Source: Edaphobacter aggregans
Lineage (GTDB): Bacteria > Acidobacteriota > Terriglobia > Terriglobales > Acidobacteriaceae
Direction of reading: 5' to 3'
Assembly (NCBI RefSeq): GCF_003945235.1
Contig: NZ_RSDW01000001.1
Coordinates: 4,350,001 to 4,382,000, forward strand
Length of the DNA: 32,000 nt
The notes under the pieces were generated by a model. That model ran no database searches, was not told the origin of the DNA, and saw nothing but the letters and a program-made list of their open reading frames with translations. Each line of letters starts with the position of its first letter. Positions within the stretch are counted from its first letter, which is position 1. Both the position numbers and the translations under genes were made by a program. Shown piece after piece: positions 26,124-32,000 of this stretch.

Positions 26124-26169
26124 TGCGCACTCCTGCCATGAAAACCGTATGAATGAGGCATCTGGCAAT

Positions 26170-26955
26170 TCAATTTTTAGACTGAGCTGAGTCGAGTTCT
26201 GCTTGCCGAATGATAATCGAGGCCAGATCGGTTTTATCCGGCGGAAGGCGCGCCGCGAGAAAGACCAGATCGGGGTTTGAGCCGACGAGGATTGCAACTC
26301 CGCGAATCGGATCGGCATTTTTTTGTAGCCTTGACTGGGTTCCGAGCCCATCTGTTTGGGCAGGAGTCTGATATTCGACGATCTCTTTGCTCTTGTAGAT
26401 GAGCTGATCGTTCGGATAAGGGCCAAAGGGAAAGTCGTTTGCTTGTGCGAATCCGTTCGCGATTACGTCACGAACGAATGCCTTATGGGACGGAAAAACG
26501 CGTGCGATCGTACGTGCGACGCCGAATCTTCCGGAAGTGTCTCCGATTTCAGTGGAGATCTGGATAACCGGGCCTGTGAAACCCTTCCAGTTATCGGAGA
26601 AGACGATTGTCGCGTTTAGCGGCTGCGGGCTTACATACAAAGAGCTACCACTGGAACCGTATGTCCCAAAGCAATGCCAGCCGCGTGGTGCAAGGACACC
26701 GAATCCCTGTTCGGCTTTGTAATAGGCGAGTTGTTGGGTTGCTTGTGTGGCTATCTGTACTACCTTGCTGTCGCCCTTTGGCGCTTCCAAGGGGCCGACC
26801 TGCCCGTCCGATTGGCAGCCTATGAATCGCACAGTTGCTGCTGTTGTTGCAGGGGTCTTCTCCAAGGGGGGTGTTTGCGCGAGGACAGCGAGTGCAAATG
26901 TGAAGAGGAATGCAGCCGCGATGGAGGAGGGGGTAAACCTGATTTTTTTGAACAT
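26170..26955 (-). CDS. Hypothetical secreted protein
   Basis: 261 aa. Signal peptide MFKKIRFTPSSIAAAFLFTFALAVLAQ. Coding-like composition. I recognise no motif. Confidence 0.7.
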   Translation of the reverse strand: MFKKIRFTPSSIAAAFLFTFALAVLAQTPPLEKTPATTAATVRFIGCQSDGQVGPLEAPKGDSKVVQIATQATQQLAYYKAEQGFGVLAPRGWHCFGTYGSSGSSLYVSPQPLNATIVFSDNWKGFTGPVIQISTEIGDTSGRFGVARTIARVFPSHKAFVRDVIANGFAQANDFPFGPYPNDQLIYKSKEIVEYQTPAQTDGLGTQSRLQKNADPIRGVAILVGSNPDLVFLAARLPPDKTDLASIIIRQAELDSAQSKN

Positions 26956-26994
26956 GCTCGTGCCGATGTTGCCTTTGTGTTCGAGTTAAACAAG

Positions 26995-27070
26995 AGCATA
27001 TCTCAGGCACTTCAAAGGCGATGAGTTTGCCCGATATAGGACGCGGTGTGAACGTCTTGTGAGATATGCT
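26995..27070. repeat. Perfect 11-bp inverted repeat pair in a divergent promoter region
   Basis: AGCATATCTCA (26995-27005) and TGAGATATGCT (27060-27070) are exact reverse complements, 54 nt apart. The arms lie 40 nt from the minus-strand ATG (26955) and 9 nt from the GH30 ATG (27079). Confidence 0.6.
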
Positions 27071-27078
27071 GGTCAGCC

Positions 27079-28557
27079 ATGATGACAAGTGAGTTGAATC
27101 GGCGGCAGTTTATACGGGGAGTGGGGTCGGCTTTGGCGGTGGGGGCTGTGATGCCGCTCGGTGCGGGTGCGCAAGAAGTGGCGAGTGCGGAGGGGAAGGT
27201 TGTTGCTTCGTGTGTGACGACGACGAAGGATGCGGCTTGGCAGGTGCAGCCGCTGGCTAAGCCGGGGTGGCGTTGGGATGCGCTGAATTTGAATGCTGAT
27301 GTTTCGGCTACGGCGCAGACGATGGAGGGGTTTGGTGGGTGCTTCAATGAGCTTGGGTGGACGTCGCTCCAGAAGCTGAGTGAGGGGGATCGAGAGAGCG
27401 TGATGCGGGAGTTGTTTGATCCGAGTGCGGGGGCGCGGTTCACGTTGTGCAGGATGCCGATTGGGGCGAATGATTTTTCTGTGGGGCCGTATTCGTATGA
27501 CGAGACGAAAGATGATTTTGAGCTGAAGCAGTTCAGCATTGAGCATGATCGGGCTACGCTGATTCCTTTCATCAAGAGCGCACAGCGGTACCAGCCGGAG
27601 CTACGGCTTTGGGCTTCGCCGTGGACGCCGCCTAGCTGGATTAAGCGGAATGGGTTTTATGCTGAGGCTCCGGGGCGTGCGGGGATGAAGGATAACGGGA
27701 TTCGCCCGGACCAAGTGGGGCATGAGGGCGAGGATATGTTCATCCTTGATGAGCCGCATCTGCGCGCATATGCGAAGTACTTTGGGCGGTTTATCGATGC
27801 GTATCTCGCGGAGGGGATTCGTGTGGGGATGGTGATGCCGCAGAATGAGTTCAACTCGGCGCAGAACTTTCCTAGTTGCACGTGGACTCCGGAGGGGTTG
27901 GCGAAGTTCATTCGGCATCTGGGGCCGGAGATGTCGGCGCGGGAGGTTGCGGTGTTCTTTGGGACGCTGGAGCGGGGCGATCCAAAGATGCTGGAAGCGG
28001 TGATGGCTGATCCTGAGGCGGGGCGGTATATCAGCGGTGTTGGGATGCAGTGGGCGGGGAAGAATGCGCTTCCGGCGGTGCATCGGAAGTTTCCGAAGCT
28101 GACGGTGTATCAGTCGGAACAGGAGTGCGGGGATGGGTCGAATAGCTGGGAGTATACGGGCTATTGCTGGCAGTTGATGAAGCACTATATTCGGTCGGGC
28201 GCGAGTGGGTATATGTACTGGAATATCTCTCTCGGCAAGGGCGAGTTGAGCACGTGGGGATGGGCGCAGAACTCGCTGGTGAGCGTGGATGATGCGGCGA
28301 AGAGCTTTCGCTATAACCACGATTTTTATTTGATGAAGCACCTTAGCCACTTTGTAGATGTCGGTGCGAAGAGAGTGGAGACTACGGGGACTTGCGACGA
28401 TGCGCTTGGGTTTGTGAATCCGGATGGGACGGTTGTGCTGTTGCTGCGGAATGCGTCGCCCCATGATCAGCGGGTGGAGATTCATGCGGGTGGGAGTGTG
28501 GTGACGGCGCAGCTTTTGGGGGATTCGATCAGTACGGTGAGTTTGAAGGTGGGGTAA
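27079..28557 (+). CDS. Glycoside hydrolase family 30 (glucosylceramidase-like), Tat-exported
   Basis: 492 aa. Twin-arginine signal MMTSELNRRQFIRGVGSALAVGA. Blocks GFGGCFNELGW, CRMPIGANDFS, LWASPWTPPSWIK, PQNEFNS and YQSEQECG are typical of GH30. Confidence 0.88.
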   Translation: MMTSELNRRQFIRGVGSALAVGAVMPLGAGAQEVASAEGKVVASCVTTTKDAAWQVQPLAKPGWRWDALNLNADVSATAQTMEGFGGCFNELGWTSLQKLSEGDRESVMRELFDPSAGARFTLCRMPIGANDFSVGPYSYDETKDDFELKQFSIEHDRATLIPFIKSAQRYQPELRLWASPWTPPSWIKRNGFYAEAPGRAGMKDNGIRPDQVGHEGEDMFILDEPHLRAYAKYFGRFIDAYLAEGIRVGMVMPQNEFNSAQNFPSCTWTPEGLAKFIRHLGPEMSAREVAVFFGTLERGDPKMLEAVMADPEAGRYISGVGMQWAGKNALPAVHRKFPKLTVYQSEQECGDGSNSWEYTGYCWQLMKHYIRSGASGYMYWNISLGKGELSTWGWAQNSLVSVDDAAKSFRYNHDFYLMKHLSHFVDVGAKRVETTGTCDDALGFVNPDGTVVLLLRNASPHDQRVEIHAGGSVVTAQLLGDSISTVSLKVG

Positions 28558-28824
28558 GTGGAGATGGTTGTTTTTTGTTGGGTTTTTTGAAGAAACTTGT
28601 CTTAGTTGCTGTGTTTTGTGGTCAATAAGCGGCTAAAAGTGTGGCAAGGCTGGTAAACGGACGCGCACTTTTTGGGGGCGGAGACCGCGCCACTTTTCGG
28701 CAACTTAGTTTTCCACAAGTTCTAGCGGTTTCCTGTGTCGGTGAACAGGCGGTGACGGTGAGCTTTGCGGCTGGATATGGGGGAAGAGCGGAAGAAGCCG
28801 TGATCTCAGCACGAGAATAAACAG

Positions 28825-28852
28825 AAAAGGCCGGGATTGCTCCCGGCCTTTT
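28825..28852. terminator. Bidirectional rho-independent terminator downstream of infB
   Basis: AAAAGGCCGGGA-TTGC-TCCCGGCCTTTT: a perfect 12-bp stem with A/T tracts on both sides, 17 nt after the infB stop. Confidence 0.85.
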
Positions 28853-28869
28853 CTGTTTGATGGTTGAGG

Positions 28870-31800
28870 TTACGCGTTGACGGAGGTTTCGGAGGCTTCC
28901 TTTTCGCGGGCGGCTTTTTCGGCCTTGCGGGCTGCGGCCTGGTTCTGGCCTAGCTCGGCGGCTAGCTTTTCCGTGGTGAAGGCTTCGATGAGGTCGCCTA
29001 CCTGGATGTCCTTGAAACCAGCGAGATCGATACCGCACTCGACGCCTTGGCGGACTTCGGAGACGTCGTCCTTGAAGCGCTTGAGTGAGGCGATCTTGCC
29101 CTTCCAGACCTCGTTGCCTTCGCGAAGGACGCGGACCTGGTATTCGCGCTTGATGAGGCCGTCGGTGACAACGCAGCCGGCAATCTGGCCGACCTTGGTG
29201 ATCTTGAAGACGTTGCGGACTTCGGCGCGGCCGGCGTAGTTCTCCTTGAAGACTGGTTCGAGGAGGCCGTACATCGCCTTGGTGATCTCATCCTGGAGCT
29301 CGTAGATGATGGAGTGCAGGCGGATTTCGACGTTTTCGCGCTCGGCGATCTCGGCGGCCTTGCGGTCGGGCCGGACGTTGAAGCCGATGACGACGGCGTT
29401 GGAGGCCGAGGCGAGGAGGACGTCCGACTCGGTGATGGCGCCGACGCCTGCACGCAGGACGCGGACGCGAACCTTCTCGGTCGACATCTTCTCGAGGGAG
29501 TCGGCGAGGACTTCGACTGAGCCCTGCACGTCGCCCTTGAGGATGAGGTTGAGGTCCTTCATGCCAGCCTGCTTGATCTGCTCGGCGAGGCCTTCGAGCG
29601 AGACGCGGGAGCTCTTGGCGAGTTGGGCTTCGCGCTCCTTCATCTTGCGGTACTGGGCGATGCCCTTGGCCTTGTCGCGGTCTGCCATGACGAGGAAGGT
29701 GTCGCCTGCGTCGGGCATGCCCTCGAGACCGAGGATCTCGACCGGGGTGGAGGGACCGGCTTCGGTGATGGCGCGGCCACGGTCGTCGAACATGGCGCGG
29801 ATCTTACCGAAGGTGTTGCCGACGATGTAGCTGTCGCCGGTACGGAGGGTACCGTTCTGGACGAGGATGCTGGCGACGGCTCCACGACCACGATCGAGTT
29901 TGGCTTCGATGACGGTGCCGACGGCGGGACGGTCGGGGGTGGCCTTGGGGGCGCTGATGTCGGCTACGAGGCAGATCATCTCTTCGAGCAGGTCGAGGTT
30001 GATGCGCTTCTTCGCAGAGACGTCGACGAAGACTGTGCTGCCGCCCCAGGCTTCGGGGACGAGGCCGCGGTCGCCGAGCTGCTGCTTGACGCGGTCGGGG
30101 TTGGCTTCGGGCTTGTCGATCTTGTTGACGGCCACGATGATAGGCACGTTGGCTGCCTTGGCGTGGTCGATGGCCTCGAGGGTCTGGGGCATGACGCCGT
30201 CGTCGGCTGCGACTACGACCACGACGATGTCAGTGACCTTGGCTCCACGGGCACGCATGCGGGTGAAGGCCTCGTGACCGGGGGTGTCGAGGAAGACGAT
30301 CTCGCGACCGAAGGCGGGGGAATCAGGCTTGGTGATTTTGACCTTGTAGGCGCCGATGTGCTGGGTGATGCCGCCGGCTTCGCCTGAGGCTACGTCGGTG
30401 GAGCGGATGGCATCGAGCAACGAGGTCTTACCGTGGTCGACGTGACCCATGACGGTGACGACAGGCGAGCGGTTGATCTCGACCATGCCCGTGGTGTCTT
30501 CGAGGAAGCCTTCGATGGCTTCGTTCTCGAGCTGCTCTTCGACGGTGATGATGTTGGCGTCGGCACCGAACTGTCGGGCGACGTCCTTGACCAGCTCACC
30601 TTCGAGCGACTGGTTGACGGTGACGAAGACTCCGCGCATGAGGAGGGTGGCGATGAGGTCTTTGCCGCGGACGTCGAGCTTTTCGGCGAGGTCCTTGACG
30701 CTGATGCCTTCGGTTACCGTGATGGTCTTGGTGATGGGGAGAGGCTCGCGCGAGATGGGCGCACCGCCAAAACGTGGCGGCGGCTGGAAGCCCTTCATCG
30801 GGCCTTCTTTGGTCTTCTCGTAGCGCTGACCACCACGACGCTGGCCCGGACGGGCCGCTGGACGCATGCCTGTTGGGGCTTCGCCGGGTGGCAACATGCC
30901 CGGAGCGCCGGGGGCTCCGCCTGGACGTGCACCGAAGCCGGGGCGGGCTCCGAAACCTGGACGCGCTCCGCCTGGAGCAAAGCCGGGACGGCCGGGTGCT
31001 CCGCCGGGGCCACCTGGGCCGCCGGGGAAGGTGCGGGTGGGGTGCATCGGACGACGTGCACCGGGTGCCATTGACGGCGGACGGGAGCCGGGAGCGCCGG
31101 GAGTCTGCGGGCGTGGCCGCTCAAAGATGGGGCGTCCGCGCTGAGGTGTTGCAGCGGCACCGGCTGGAGCGGTGTAGATGGGTCGCGGGCCGGTCTGCGG
31201 CATGATGACGCGGCGGACTGGAGCTCCGGGCTGGACTGGTGGTGCGGCTTCCGCGGCGGCTGCCGGTGGGGCTGCGGGCGTTGGCGCTGCAACCGGCGCT
31301 GGTGGCTCGGAGGCGGTCACCGTGGGGACCGTGGGTGTAGGAGTTGTTGCGACCGGGGCCTCTGCTACTTCAGCCGGTGGTGCGGCTGTTACGGCTGCGG
31401 GCTTTGGCGTGGTCGGTGCTGCTGCAGGAGGAGCAGCCGCTACTGCCGGACGCTCGTGAACGACCGGGTGGGCGGATGCTGGTGCACCGGCAGGAGGACG
31501 CGCGATGACAGGGCCGACCGGAGGCTTGCTGGCGATTGCCGGAGCTTGCGGAGGAGCGACGATATTCGCTCCCTGACGCGGCAGCGGAACGATGCGGCGG
31601 GGTGCGGGAACAGTCGACGCTGCGGGAGTTGATGCAGCGGGTGTAGCGGGAGCGGCTGCTACGACAGCGCGGTGTGGCGCGGCGGCAACGTGTCCTGCGG
31701 ACGGTGGGGCAACCACCGCAGCGGGGCGGGCGGGAGGAGCGGCCTTGGCGGCGGCTTCGGCCTGTTTGCGCTCGAGGATTGCCTTGAGCGCGTCGCCGGG

Positions 31801-32000
31801 CTTGGATACCTTCGAGAGGTCAAACTTCGGCTTCGCCTCGACGACGGGCTTGCTCGCGGTCGAGCCTCGGTTTCCGCTGAAGTACTCGCGTACCCTCTCT
31901 GCCTGGTCGGCTTCGATGGAGCTGGAGTGGGTCTTTCCTGTCACGCCGATTGCTTCGAGCGCGTCCAGAATGGGCCTGCTCTTTACTTCCAGTTCTCGTG
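28870..32000 (-). CDS. infB: Translation initiation factor IF-2 (5' end outside window)
   Basis: G-domain [17 protein letters not shown]...[10 protein letters not shown]...NKIDK and the conserved C-terminal domains are present. The track start (GTG 31944) is internal. The frame stays open to position 32000 and reads ...[26 protein letters not shown], which is the IF2 N-terminal domain. Confidence 0.96.
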   Translation of the reverse strand, partial: RELEVKSRPILDALEAIGVTGKTHSSSIEADQAERVREYFSGNRGSTASKPVVEAKPKFDLSKVSKPGDALKAILERKQAEAAAKAAPPARPAAVVAPPSAGHVAAAPHRAVVAAAPATPAASTPAASTVPAPRRIVPLPRQGANIVAPPQAPAIASKPPVGPVIARPPAGAPASAHPVVHERPAVAAAPPAAAPTTPKPAAVTAAPPAEVAEAPVATTPTPTVPTVTASEPPAPVAAPTPAAPPAAAAEAAPPVQPGAPVRRVIMPQTGPRPIYTAPAGAAATPQRGRPIFERPRPQTPGAPGSRPPSMAPGARRPMHPTRTFPGGPGGPGGAPGRPGFAPGGARPGFGARPGFGARPGGAPGAPGMLPPGEAPTGMRPAARPGQRRGGQRYEKTKEGPMKGFQPPPRFGGAPISREPLPITKTITVTEGISVKDLAEKLDVRGKDLIATLLMRGVFVTVNQSLEGELVKDVARQFGADANIITVEEQLENEAIEGFLEDTTGMVEINRSPVVTVMGHVDHGKTSLLDAIRSTDVASGEAGGITQHIGAYKVKITKPDSPAFGREIVFLDTPGHEAFTRMRARGAKVTDIVVVVVAADDGVMPQTLEAIDHAKAANVPIIVAVNKIDKPEANPDRVKQQLGDRGLVPEAWGGSTVFVDVSAKKRINLDLLEEMICLVADISAPKATPDRPAVGTVIEAKLDRGRGAVASILVQNGTLRTGDSYIVGNTFGKIRAMFDDRGRAITEAGPSTPVEILGLEGMPDAGDTFLVMADRDKAKGIAQYRKMKEREAQLAKSSRVSLEGLAEQIKQAGMKDLNLILKGDVQGSVEVLADSLEKMSTEKVRVRVLRAGVGAITESDVLLASASNAVVIGFNVRPDRKAAEIAERENVEIRLHSIIYELQDEITKAMYGLLEPVFKENYAGRAEVRNVFKITKVGQIAGCVVTDGLIKREYQVRVLREGNEVWKGKIASLKRFKDDVSEVRQGVECGIDLAGFKDIQVGDLIEAFTTEKLAAELGQNQAAARKAEKAAREKEASETSVNA

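Noticed and set aside
27601-28485. 294-aa Arg/Pro/His-rich ORF antisense to the GH30 gene. Also 27012-27575 and 27073-27546.
   Set aside because: Low-complexity RPH-rich translation opposite a gene with clear GH30 motifs. This is a shadow ORF.
29623-30387. + strand ORFs opposite infB (29623-30387, 30433-31074, 30866-31144, the last being collagen-like PGAPG repeats).
   Set aside because: They are the mirror image of the IF-2 coding sequence and its Pro/Ala/Gly repeats, not independent genes.
1-32000. Search for a CRISPR array, tandem direct repeats, transposase/integrase, phage genes, toxin-antitoxin pairs or known defence-system domains.
   Set aside because: Reading both strands revealed none. 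All sizeable ORFs are explained by housekeeping or ordinary accessory functions or are shadow ORFs.

Overview
GC-rich bacterial window. The protein sequences and their Ala/Pro/Lys-rich tails look Acidobacteriota-like to me, which I cannot verify here.

1-15.7 kb, + strand: the distal S10, spc and alpha ribosomal-protein operons in canonical order: rplB (5' end off-window), rpsS, rplV, rpsC, rplP, rpmC, rpsQ, rplN, rplX, rplE, rpsN, rpsH, rplF, rplR, rpsE, rpmD, rplO, secY, adk, map, infA, rpmJ, rpsM, rpsK, rpsD, rpoA, rplQ. The cluster closes with a clear intrinsic terminator. rpmJ (37 aa) is missing from the ORF track and was found by hand. Several ORF-track starts are over-extended and are corrected below.

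15.8-28.6 kb: unrelated chromosomal genes.
- + strand: an ArsR-family regulator, an SDR oxidoreductase, a DUF1311/LprI-like lipoprotein and a class A beta-lactamase.
- Minus-strand string: M24 peptidase, a membrane protein, a 58-aa membrane ORF (not in the track), a GAF-PAS-GGDEF cyclase, a GMC oxidoreductase and an aldo/keto reductase.
- Then a SYLF-like secreted protein, an orphan secreted protein and a Tat-signal GH30 glycosidase.

28.9-32.0 kb, minus strand: infB, whose 5' end runs out of the window.

I saw no rRNA, tRNA, CRISPR array, transposase/integrase, or recognisable defence or toxin module. I did not find a convincing novel multi-gene system.

The items worth a second look are small or non-coding:
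- an AT-rich 453-nt spacer splitting map from infA;
- unusually long, strongly structured spacers inside the r-protein operons, including a terminator-like hairpin between rpsK and rpsD;
- an orphan terminator-like hairpin plus a structured leader between divergent genes at 25.0-25.4 kb;
- a cluster of GC-rich TTC-loop hairpins at 26.0-26.1 kb;
- a perfect 11-bp inverted repeat bracketing a divergent promoter region at 27.0 kb;
- a 310-nt non-coding stretch next to the infB terminator;
- a translationally coupled pair of membrane-protein genes.
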